Source: the human T2T-CHM13v2.0 reference genome, Homo sapiens
Strand: one strand, 5' to 3'
DNA: 64,000 nt
Assembly: GCF_009914755.1 (NCBI RefSeq)
Contig: NC_060935.1
In this document: positions 51,796 through 64,000 of the stretch, in pieces
How positions within the stretch are numbered: the first letter of the stretch is position 1
How the letters are laid out: the number at the start of each line of letters is the position of its first letter
Program-made: the position numbers and the translations under genes
Notes under the pieces: model-generated
Database searches by the model: none
What the model was told of the DNA's origin: nothing
The model's input: only the letters and a program-made list of their open reading frames with translations

Positions 51796-52659
51796 GTAAG
51801 TGTAATATTTTTTCTAAAGAATTTTATCCTCCTTTCACTAACGTCATTCAAGTTTTATCACCAATAGCTCTATAAACATCAGCCTGAAGGCACATGGAAG
51901 CATATTTCCTAAGGCTGCTAAAGCATTCATTCTCAACCCTAACTGAACAGTAGTATATGCTGCCTTGCAATGAGGTTGATAAACAGGGCATAGAAGGTCA
52001 AGGATTCTAAGCCAGGAGCAAATCCCACACCGGTTCAACTTAAGCAGTACATTATTCCAGAATAATGCAATCACCGGAGCTGTGCTTACACTACAAATCT
52101 TAAAAGTGTCATTCCATTATAAAAAGGGCTTTGAGAGCATTAATAATCATAGTCCATCAGGAAAGTCCTTCATTCAACTCATGGTCCAATCAAAACTGCC
52201 TTAATGTTATAGACTTTGGTATGGCCTATGTAGCATCTAAAATTATTTGCTACATTGAATTTATTACTGTGTTTGGCTGACTTTTTTTTTTTTTTTAACT
52301 CAAGACACGCTGATAACTTTTATGATAAGGAAGGAGAAGGCAAAACAAAAGCATGACAGAAAGTGTAAAGATTGGACTGCAGGAGAAGATATGTGAATAC
52401 TTTGATTATCCTGTTTGATATTGTCTTACTTTTGGGAGAAGAAAAGGATGAGTATTAATAAGTCCATCTTACAGAGAAAGAAATGAAGGGTTGAAAAAGA
52501 GCTCATACGGCTAGTAAGTGGTGGAGTGAAACCCAAATGCCAGTGTTTTAAAAGGATATAGCCAATATTCCAGAGAAAAGGAAATTTCTATAATAAGGCC
52601 ACCAAACTTTTAGTATATTAAGTAAGGCACTGCTATATTTTCTAGAAATTATCCTTTTA

Positions 52660-54420
52660 CAAATACTTTTCATATAGATATCTAATTATTGTATCCGCAA
52701 TTGTCGAAAAGACTCAACTCTCTCCCATTGAATTGTTTTGGTGCCAAAGTAGAAATAGATCAACTGTATGTGGGGGGTCTATTTCTGGACTCTTTTTTGA
52801 TATATTGATTTTTTGTTCTTATTTTGTCAGTACTGTTTTGGTCATTCCAGGTTATTTGCATTACCACACAAACACATAAAGCTTATTCATTTCTACAAGA
52901 AAAGTCTGTTGGGGTTTTGATTAGTATTGTTTGGAATCTAAACATGAGTTTGAGTAGAAGTCACTTATCAACAATACCTGTGTTGAATAATTCTAAATTA
53001 TGAATGCAGCGTATCTTACTATTTATTTAGGTTCTCTTTAAATTCTCTCAGCAATATGTTATTGTTTTCAGTGTACTTGTATCTATGCGTTTTGCTAAAT
53101 TTATGTCTAAGCGTTTTGCATATTGTGATGCTTTCAAATGATATTTTAAAAATTTTATAACAGCTCACTGACAATATATATTTAGATAGATTTATATGTA
53201 TATTTTATATATTTTAAATTGATCATATATATGTATGTGCATATATATGCATATATATATAATGCTTGTATCTTTTAGTCTTTCTAAATTTATTTAATAA
53301 TTTTGATGGAAATTTTTTGCAGATTGCTTAGACTGTTCTACATACATAATGATGCTGTCCGTGAATAGAAATTTTTACTCATCCTTTCCTATCATTAAAT
53401 TGATGTATTCCCATTATTTATTTCTTTTTTTGCCTAATTACATTAACTAGAATGTCTAATATGATGTTTAATGAACGTGGTGAGAATAGACATTCTTGCT
53501 TTGTTCCCAGGCTTAAAAGAAAAGCATTCAGTCTTTCAACATTAAGAAATGATGTTAGCTCTGTGTTTTTGGTAGATGCCTTTTATTAGTTTATGAGTCT
53601 ACTTTCTACTCCTATTGTTCTAGGCATATTTTTATAAATAAATACAAATTTTTTTCTTCTTTTCCCTTTTTGAAATGGTTATATAATTATTTTATTCACT
53701 TGATAAGTTGAATTATATTGATGGATTTTTTTAGTAAGAATCAAACTTTCAATATTGGGGAAAACCTGATTTCTTCATAAGATATTATCTTTCTATGTAT
53801 CTTTGCGTTTGACTTATTCATGTTTTGTAAAGAACTTCTGAACCTTCACTCTTGAAGGATATTGGTCTCTTGTGTGTTTGTATTGTAAATGTTTTGTTTG
53901 GTTTTGGCATTAGGCAATGCAGCCTCATAAAATGAGATAGAAAATATTTCTTCATCTTGCATTTTCTGAAATATTTTGTGTAAGCTTATTTTATTTCTTT
54001 CTTAATTGTTTGTTAGCATTCTCCAGTGAATCCATCTGGGCCTATACGTTTCTTGGTGGGACGTTTATTCATAACTATGAAATCATTTCTTTAGTAGATA
54101 AAAGCTCTTTAATTTTTCTATTCCATTTGGGTTGAATGAAAGAGCTTTTTTCCATTTCCCTTATTAAGTTTATTCATATTAAGTTGTGTATTAATTTTAT
54201 TATTTTCCTTTTATTGTCAGTAGCATATAGAAGGAAGTACTTTGTATTATTCCTGATATTGGTATTTCATTTTCTTTTTCTTTATTTGTCTGGGAGTTTA
54301 TTATTTCACTAATATTTTCAAAAAATTATCTCTTGGTTTTGTGAATTCTATGTATTATTTGTTTTCTATTTATTTTATGGAATTGTGGTTTTATTTTTAT
54401 TATATCCTTTTTCTTGTTAA
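52660..54420 (-). mobile_element. Old L1M ORF2 region
   Basis: ggtgagaatagacattcttgctttgttcc...aaagcattcagtctttca...ccagtgaatccatctgggcct. Confidence 0.85.
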
Positions 54421-54444
54421 AATGCTTTTTAAAGTTATTGGTTT

Positions 54445-55167
54445 ACAGTTTTAAATTTCAACTTTGGTTTTATATTCAGGAGGTACACATGCCAGTTTGT
54501 TATTGGGTATACTGTATGATGCTGATGTTTGGGGTATAATTGGTCTCATCACCCAGGCACTAAGCATAGTACCCAACAGGTAGTTTTCAACCACTGCTAT
54601 CCTCTCCCCCTCAGTAGTTCCCAGTTTCTGTTATTGGCATCTTTATGTCTATGAGTACCCAATGTTTAGCAGCCACTTAAAGTGAGAGCATGTGGTATTT
54701 GGTTTTCTATTCCAGCATTAATATGCTTAGGATAATGGCCTCCAGCTGCATCCATGTTGCTGCAAAGGACATGATTTTGTTATTTTTTAATGGCTGCATA
54801 GTATTCTATTGTGTATTTTTACCGCGTTTTCCTTATCCAATACACCACTGATGGGTGCCTTGGTTGTTTCCATGCCTTTGCCACTATGAATAGTATTATA
54901 ATGAATATATGAGTGCATGTATCTCTTTGGTAAAATGATTTTTTTTAATATCCAGTAATGAGATTCCTGGGTCAAATGATAGTTCTGTTTTAAGTTCTTT
55001 GAGAATTCTCCAAACTGCTTTCCACAGTGGCTGAACTAATTTACATTCCCTCCAACAGTGTATAAGTGTTCCCTTTTGTCTGCAACATGCCAGCATCTGT
55101 TGTTTTTTTGACTTTTTAATAACAGCCATTCTGACTAGTGTGAAATGGTGTCTCACTGTAGTTTTGA
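54445..55167 (-). mobile_element. L1PA15/16-like 3' end
   Basis: ggaggtacacatg...agcatagtacccaacaggtagttttcaacc; ORF 54896-55156 is L1 ORF2-like (KLVQPLWKAVWRILKELKTEL). Confidence 0.9.
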
Positions 55168-55169
55168 TA

Positions 55170-56545
55170 AGGTTGTAACATTTTGATTATGATGTATATT
55201 GGTGTGATTTTCTTTGCGTTTTTACTACTCAGAGCTTATTAAACTTCTTGGGTTTATACGATTATATTTTCCATGAGTTTGAAAACTTTTTACCATTATT
55301 TCTTTACATATTTTTCCACCATCCCTCTCCCATCCCTAAGTCTCTTTTGGCCTCTTCTGGGACTCCAATTTTAGGTATATTTTACTAGTTGATATCGTTT
55401 CACAGTTTATTGAGAGTCTCTTCATTTTTTTCCTCCTATTTCAGTTTGAGTAGCTTCTATTTCCCCGTATTCAAAGTTACTGATGCTTTTCTGTAGTTTA
55501 TAATATACTGAAAAGCCAACTGATGAATTTGTTATTTTAGATATTATATTTTCAATATAAAAATTTTCTTTCTCATAATTTGTATTTTTCTATTGAAATC
55601 TTGTATCTTTTCCCTCCTTATGTTCATTTAGTCCTTTTAAGTCCTTGACCATATTTATAATAGCTATTTTGTGTCCTGGTTAGCTCTTTCCATCATTTCT
55701 GCATCTCTTTATTTTGATTGACTTTTCTCATACTTATAGGGCATATATTCCTGTGTCTTTGCGTGTCTACTCATGTTTTATTTAATCCTAAACCTTATAA
55801 ATGGTGTATTTTCCTCTTATTTAAAGAAGATTGGATTTGATACTTGCAGACTTAATTTACTTGTACTTCAGCTTTTTTATATTAAGAATTGTTTATAAGA
55901 GTCATTACATTTGGACTAGAGTAGCCTTATTCCTGAGATGTGAGATTTCTGAAGTGTCATTTAATTATCTGAAGTTTCAACAAGGTCTCTCTATTCTGGC
56001 TGGTTGGAACTCAGATTTTTCCAATGGATATACAAGCTTTGGAATCTTCACTGAGTTCTCAGCAACTTGGTAGGTATCCTTTGCCCAGCATTTTCAAGTA
56101 TCATCCTGTGTGTGCATACTTTAATAATCAGCCAAAGACTAAATAGGAGTCTTATGTAGGAAGCAATCTAGAGCTCCTTTTCTTCACAGTTATTGATTCT
56201 CTTGTACTCTGACTGCAAATTAGATTCTGTAGTACTCTGACTGCAAATTCCAGTCCCTTACATTATGTCCAAAACATTATGTCCAAACTTTGATTTCTGT
56301 CTCTTCAGCTCAGATACCTGTGTGCCTCTTGGTCTTCAGCTCCAAGTGCTATGGGTGCCTCAGAGCTGAAAGCTGGGCAATCATGAGGCTCACCACATTT
56401 GTTATCCTTATCTTGGGGATCATGGTTGTGTTCTGAAAATATATTTTTCTTTTCACATACTTTTCATATACATATTTGTTTAGTTTTATAGTTATTTATA
56501 ACAGAATGGCTAGATTATTACCAGCTACTGTAACATGTGAGAATC
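55170..56545 (-). mobile_element. Old L1M ORF1/5' region or HAL1-like
   Basis: ttgattatgatgtatattggtgtgattttc...cttctgggactccaatt. Confidence 0.6.
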
Positions 56546-56699
56546 AGGAGTCCTCTCCCACCCATGAGCATTAAAAATCAAATGAACAAATAAAGCTTCA
56601 AGAAGACAGTCAATTATTCCCATTTTCACCAATGTGCTAAGTGCTGGCATTGGTCCTTAAGAACCCAAACTTATAACCATTTGATTAGTGAAACTTTTG

Positions 56700-56890
56700 G
56701 ATGGAGTAAATGTAGCACTCATTAGTTATGTGAATTTTTACAAGTTATTTAATGTTTCTGAGTTTTGCTGTCATCTTTAAAATGGAGATAGAAATACTCT
56801 TTATAATTGTTGTGAGGTTTAGAAGAGTGCTTTGAAGACACATAACACAGTGTTTGACACATATTAAGCACCCTACCAAATATTATTATT
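56700..56890 (+). mobile_element. MIR
   Basis: caagttatttaatgtttctgagttttgctgtcatctttaaaatggagata. Confidence 0.75.
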
Positions 56891-56939
56891 CTGAAGTTAA
56901 AAGCTAAAATCTTTATTACAGTGATGCTTAGAAAGTATT

Positions 56940-58130
56940 TTCATTATAAAAACAGGGTATAAATGTAATTTTAAAATCCAAGTAGTACAAGAGATTACAC
57001 AATAAGAATTATCTGCCTATCACCTCAGAACTAGAATCTTACTTCTGAGAGGTAACATGATCAATTTTCATATGTACTCTTCCAAAATTTTGCCATGGCT
57101 GTACAAACCTCAGTTTCTGTAGCTTCTTCATGTTTATGGAAATGGGAGTATTTTATACACAATTTTCTCTAGCTTGCTTTTATTCACCCATTGATATATC
57201 TTCAGTTTTGTTCCTTTTTACACCTACTAATACAATTCATCCTTTAATAACTGCATCATATTCATTGGTATAAATGTAACAAAATTTGTTATGTTTATTG
57301 ACATATTATAATAACATTTATTTATTGACAGTATTAAGATATTTTCAGGTTTTTGCTTTTATTAATAAGGCTGTAAGAATCATCTTTGTACATATATGTT
57401 TGTGTATGTGTGAACATGACTAGGTAAGTTTCTACAACAAAGATTGTTAGATTAAATAGTTATGTATGGTATGACATTTTGGTCAATATAGCTGCATTTT
57501 CTTCCAAAGAGTTTCTCAATTGGTGTTCCCACAAACAACACTGATTTCTTAGCACAGTTTCTAATACTGTATATTGTCAAACAAAAATTTTGTGATTTGA
57601 TACGTGAAACACAGAAATTTAATATTTTATTTTGCATTGCTTTTGCTGTGGAAATAGATGGAACATTTTTATTTGGTTATGAGCTATTTGTATTTCTATC
57701 TAAATATCTATTCTAAATATTTGCCCCTTTCCTATTTCTTTTAAATTGGTTTGTCTTTTTTGCAAGATGTTTAAAGTAGAATCAAGAGATTAGTTCTTTG
57801 ACCCATATTACAAAAAAAATATATTTTTTTCACATTGAGGTTTAATTTATTTTTGTTCAGTTTGTTGTTTTTAGTTTTAAAAGTTTTATATAAACAATAT
57901 TTTTAATTATTTCCATCATAGTTTTTACTTTTTCTGTTCTTTCTTTCCTATTCCAATATATAAAAATTAAACCATGGATATTTTTGACATTTCTTTCAAA
58001 ATTTCTAGTATTTAAATATTTTAGTCACATGCAATAGATTTTTAAAATTAGAACTGAATAATCTGGTTTTTTTAAAAATAAATTGCTAGTCATTTGTTGA
58101 ATAATATTATTTCCTTAGTAACTCATTGGA
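56940..58130 (-). mobile_element. L1ME-like 3' region
   Basis: Decayed T-rich L1 3' text (taactgcatcatattcattggtataaatgta...). Confidence 0.6.
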
Positions 58131-60468
58131 AATTCAATCCAATAATATGTTTTCATTTTTCACTTTACATGTGATATTTCTCTTTTGCTATAATCCTGGG
58201 AGCCTTTACAAATTTTACAGAGAGGGATAAATTTGCTATACTTATTTTTTGGTAGCAATTCTAATATATATAAGCACACATACATTTTATATATAGTATA
58301 AATATACTATTAGAAAATGATGTCTGATTTACTGATTCTAATGATCAATCAAAACTGATCTCAATATTTATAATACTGATAATATTTTTTCTTCTCTCCT
58401 TTTAAGACTAAAATGCATTTTGTAATGATTAGTCTCGGTCATAAGACTTAACATAATTCTCTCAGAGAGTTTTGGTCTGGCCATATAGCAGTTCGGAGGG
58501 ATGCCTAGCTCATAAGAGAGAATGAAATCTGTGTGCTCAACTGCAAGTGTGATTGGATTTACAGATTAGCAAAATGGGAAAGATCAAAGCCCTGTTATGA
58601 AGCAGACCTACAAGCCTAGAGCTTGCTCTTGTAAGAAAAATTGTTCTTTCCCACTAATCTTTCTAATCTTGACCTCACAGAAGGGGTTTGTACTTAAGAT
58701 AATGTTATCAGGATGCCAAATTCAATCTCAGACCACATTTCACTTTCTCTTAATGTGGGTGAACACTCCTTTGGTGAATAAATTGGTATCTCTATGGAAA
58801 TTTAAGGCTTCAAGCAGAATTCTAATTCCATTAAATTGATGTTCAACAGAACACACTGAATTTTGTGGAAACTATGGAGGTCTGCTTACTTACTCTGAAT
58901 TAATCACAGTCTAATTTTTCCCAAGTGGTAGAACTTCATTGTTCTTATGTTTGTGACTTCAGTGTCTAGCACTGTGCCTGTCACACATCAATTTGCAGGT
59001 TGAGTCATTTTTTTTAAGAATCAAAGGTAAATTTGCAGTTTATGCAATTTTAAAATTCTAAACCATAAACCTATATTATTTACAGCTGAACAGGAATGTT
59101 TGGGAAGTTTTGAAATTGACTATATGTGGGCAGATAATGAGTTTCTTACCTTCCTGTTTCCTGTATTCGGTCACAACATAATCTTAAGGTGGTGAGCTTT
59201 TTCTTATCCTGAATGTTAGGAATATTGGAGCATTTCAAAATGCTTGTTTTATTAAAAATTTTTCCGCATATTGATTTCTATCTTGGAACAAAATGGAATG
59301 CATCAAAAATAGTCACAACTGAAACTGTAATGGAAACAATTTAATATTATTGAAGCAGAGGATGCTTCAGTGTATTCCAGTTCCTCAGGGTCATGATAAT
59401 ATTATCATGGATCTGTGTACTCACATATATCCTCTTGCCTCTACCATTATATGCCTCTTAAGAATCATTTATAGTATCTCAAATTCCTGAAATGAATCAT
59501 TTTCTTCTTTACCTCTGGGTCTTTCCTTAGGCAAGATCCCTATTGGGAAAATTTCTTGAACTTTTTTTCTCTTTTCATTTAGCTACTTGTATTAGCATTT
59601 ACTAGTCAATGTAAGTACAATATCTCTAGGATAATATCTTGACTTGCTAAAGCGTGGTTATATGCCCTTCCTATGTGCCACAGCACCTTTCTTCTCATAT
59701 TTTGCAGGAGTTAAGAAGGGCATTCCTCATCTGTGACGCAAATTCATTGCATTCTTTCTCAACTGAGTTTAGGTGGAGCCCCAGAATATTCTTTCTCTCT
59801 CTCCCTGTCTCTCTTTCTCTCTCCTTTTAAACAATCTTGTTAAGGTATAATTGACATACTATATATAGTTAAAGTGTATAATTTTATATGTTTCCACAAA
59901 TGTGTACATCCATAAAATCACAATCAAAATCAATATAATAAACATATCTATCAAACTCAAATGTTTCTCCATGCCCCTTGTAGTCCTTCTCTTTTGTGCC
60001 TCCCTACCCCTACTTTACCCAGCATTCATACAGTATATGCTCTTTTTATTCTTCTGGTTTCTTTTATTCATCACACTTATTTTAAGATGCATCCTTATTG
60101 TTGGGTGTTACCAATTGTTCCTTACTTTTTGTTGCTAAGTAAATTGGCTTATTCATTACACTGTTGATAGACATTTGAGTTGTTTTTAGTTTTGGGCTAC
60201 TGAAAATAAAGTTTCTATGAACATTCATTTACAAATCTTTATATAAACATATGCATTAATTTATCTTAAATAACACGGAGTGGAATAGCTAATTTATACG
60301 GTAGGTACACATTAAGCTTTCTAAGAAACTGCCAAAGTGTTTTTCAGCGTGGTTAGACCCTTTTATGTTTCTGCCAGTAATATATAAAAGTTTCATTTAC
60401 TCAGCACCCTTGCCAACACTTAATATGGTTATTTCTGTTGAATTTTAGACATTCTAATAGATGTGTAG

Positions 60469-60580
60469 TGGTATCTTACTATAGTTTCAATGTTAATTTT
60501 TCTACTAACTAATTATGTTGAGCATGGTATCTTACTATAGTTTCAATGTTAATTTTTCTACTAACTAATTATGTTGAGCA
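60469..60580. repeat. Perfect 2 x 56-bp tandem duplication
   Basis: Copies at 60469-60524 and 60525-60580 are identical. Confidence 0.97.
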
Positions 60581-60876
60581 AGTTTTCATATGATGAATCC
60601 ACCTATGTGTCTTTTTTAGTGGAATGTATTATCAAATCTTTTGCCCATGTTTTTCATTGGGGTTGCATGTTTTCTTTTGGTTGAATGTTAAGATTTCTTT
60701 ATATATTCTTGATAGTCTTTATCAGATATATGACTTGAAAATAGTTTTCCTAGTCTGCCTTTTTTTTCATTCTTTTAGCAGCGACTTTTGAAGATCATTC
60801 ATTTCTTCTTTTGATAAAGTCAAATTTTTTAATTCATTCTTTTATGAATTCTGCTTTTGATAAAATATCCAAATAA

Positions 60877-61272
<396 letters not shown>

Positions 61273-63211
61273 TCAAAGTTCACTTTTACGTGGTATGGGT
61301 TCAAGTTCAATATTTTGTTTTTTTATTTTTTTGCATGTGGATATCTGTTTCAGTATTGTTGAAAAGACTATCTTTTCTCATCTGCTTGCACTTGTGTCTT
61401 TGTCTAAAGTCAACTGACCATATATGTGTAGATTATGTATAAATTTGTATTCTATTCCACTGAAGGTTGTTTATCTTGATGACAGTACCATAGAGACTTG
61501 ACTATAGTAACTACACTATAGTCTTAAAAGTTGGTTGGTGAATTAAAGTCAATATTCAAATGTGTTTCTTCTTCACAAAGTTGTTTTGACTCTTCTAGGC
61601 CCTTTGAATTTCCATATTAATTTTCGATTCAACTTGTCAAGCTCTATAAAAAGCCTATGGAGATTTTGAAGGAATTGAATCTATAGATCAATTTAGAGAG
61701 AAATAACATCTTAACCTTTTTGAGTCTCCGAGTCCTTGATCATGATACATAGCATCATATATTAGGTCTTTGTAAGTTTGCTTCACAAGGTTTTTATTGT
61801 CTTTATTTTATAAGACTTGTACATCTTTTGCCAGATTTATACATATTTTATATTTTTGATGGTTCTGATTCTTTATTTAATTTCAACTTCCAGTTGTTCT
61901 TTGCTAGTATATAGAAACATGATTGATTTTTATACATAAATTATAGAATTTTCTGAAGATTCCATAGGATTTTCAATGTAAAGGATCATACTATCTGGTA
62001 ATAGATATCTTTACATCTTTCTTTCTAATATGGATGTCATTTATTTCTTTTTCTTGATTTGTGGTACTGGCTAGTATCATAATTATAGTAGTTAGTGTAA
62101 GTGATGAGAATATGCATGCTTGCTGTGTTTCTTATATTAAAGATACAGCATTCAGTTTCATTAATAACTGTAATGTTAGGGGAAAGTTGTTTACAGATGC
62201 CATTTATCAATTGGAAGAAATTCTCTTCTATGTCTAGTATGCTGAGAAGCTTTATTGGGAATGGATATGGATTTTGGCAAAATTTTTTTATATTTATTGA
62301 GATGATCTTTTTTTCTGTTTTAGTCTCTTATTGTAATGAATTAAATGGATTGATTTTCAAATATTAAAACCCACCTCACATTTCTGGGATAAACTTGGTC
62401 ATGATGAATTAACCATATTATATATCATTTGATTCAATTTTCTAAAATGTTAAGAAGTTTTGCATTTATTTTCATAAGGGATAGTGGTCTGTAATTTTCA
62501 TTTTATTTAATATATTAGTCTGGTTTTAGTGTCAGCGTAATACTGGTCTCATAGAATAAATTGGGAGGCATTTGCTCCTTTTTGATTTTCTGAAATAGTT
62601 TGTTTAGAAGTTGCATTATTTTTTCTCTTTGTTTAGTAGAATTCCCCAGTGAAGACATTTCAGACTGGAGTTTTCCTTGTGTGAAGATTTTTAACAAACT
62701 AAATTCCTTTAATTGATATAGGGCTATTCAGGTCACCTATTTCTTTTTGCATGAGCTTTTTATAGTTTGTGTCTCAAAGGACTAGTCCATTTCATCTAAG
62801 TGTCCAATGTATTGCATAAAGTTATTCATAATATTCACTTATTACTCTTTTAATATTTGTAGAATCTGTAGTTGTCACTTATTTTATTCTTGATATTGGT
62901 AATTTATGTTGTTTTTTGCTTTCTCTCTTTTTTACCCTAATCCTTCCTGCTAGATGTTTGTCAGACTCATTGATCTCTTTAAAGAACCAGCTTTTGGTTT
63001 TGATGATTTTCTCTATTGCTTTGTTTTCTATTTAATTGATATCCACTTTGATATTCATTATTTCCTTTTTTCTACTTACTTTGGGTTTAATTTTCTTTCT
63101 TTTTTTTTTTTTTTTTTTTTTAGTTCCTTCAGGTAGAAGTTTTTTCTTTTATACTAGACATATTCAGCACTATAGTATTTTTCTTTATCTGCTACTTTAG
63201 GCACATCTCTT

Positions 63212-63254
63212 TATTTTATTTTATTTTATTTTACTTTAAGTTCTGGGATACATG
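63212..63254 (-). mobile_element. Ultra-short L1PA insertion
   Basis: (TATTT)n tail plus tactttaagttctgggatacatg between perfect 14-bp TSDs taggcacatctctt. Confidence 0.9.
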
Positions 63255-63877
63255 TAGGCACATCTCTTAAATGTTGATATGCAGTGTTTTCATTTTCGTC
63301 CAGTTCACAATGTTTTGACATCCCACTTTAGCTTTCTTCTTTTCCTTATAGTTTCTTTACAAGTGTGATATTTAGTTTCCAAATATTTGGGGATTTTCCA
63401 GCTATCTTTCTATTACTGAATTTATTAAAACTTCCTTTTTGGCCAGAATACAGTCTAACTTGGTAAATGTTTCATGTGTACTTGAAACTAATGCATTTTC
63501 TACTATGGTTGGGTGGAGTGTTCTATAAATGTCAAGTAGTAGCCGTTCAAGTTGGTTTATGTTTTTTCAAGTCTTCTGTGTCTTTATTGAAGATACAGAT
63601 TTTCTGTCTACTTTTTCTATCAGTTATCATGGAGGAATGTTAAAATCTTTCATTTTAATTGTGAATTTGCTTATTACCCCTTGAAGTTTTGTCAAGGGTT
63701 TTCTTTCTGGTATTTTGAAGTTCTGTTATTAGGTGTAGAAATATTTTGAATTTTGTAATGCCATTTGATTAAGTAACCCCTGAACATTAAAAAATGACCC
63801 TCTATATCTTTGGTAATGTTTCTTTCCATGAGTTGTGTAATATGAATATAGTCATTCTAGCTTTCTTTGATAGCCTG

Positions 63878-64000
63878 GCGCTGGAGTTTGAATATGACTT
63901 GTCTCCACCAAAAGTCACATTGAAATTTGATCCCTAATGTGGTGGTATTGGGAGGTGGGCCCTAGTGGGAGATATGTGAGTCATGAGGGTGAATCTCTTG
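63878..64000 (+). mobile_element. MST-family MaLR LTR 5' part, truncated by the window edge
   Basis: ttgaaatttgatccctaatgtggtggtattgggaggtgggcctagtgggag. Confidence 0.8.

Overview
Primate, most likely human, AT-rich and CpG-poor non-coding genomic DNA, either intergenic or deep intronic. No protein-coding gene, RNA gene or CpG island is supported. Much of the window is interspersed repeats: two full Alus with target-site duplications (TSDs), an Alu monomer, several L1 generations (some nested), a degenerate HSMAR2 mariner split by an L1, solo LTRs (MER31-like, MLT1, MST, LTR16-like, and an LTR14A-like ERVK with a perfect 6-bp TSD), MIR/L2/L3 relics, hAT MITEs and microsatellites. ORFs in the track derive from repeats or look like chance. 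The most notable non-routine signal is a near-perfect 3 x 96-bp tandem triplication at 35485-35772. It is open in frame on both strands and triplicates a consensus minus-strand splice donor downstream of a good acceptor, about 460 bp from the ERVK LTR. Other signals are several short plus-strand segments with textbook splice sites (a possible spliced lncRNA), a possible L1 3' transduction, and two ultra-short L1 insertions. Repeat subfamily names come from recalled consensus sequences, not a database search, and boundaries of old repeats are approximate. I did not find a clearly novel biological system; the findings are hypotheses.
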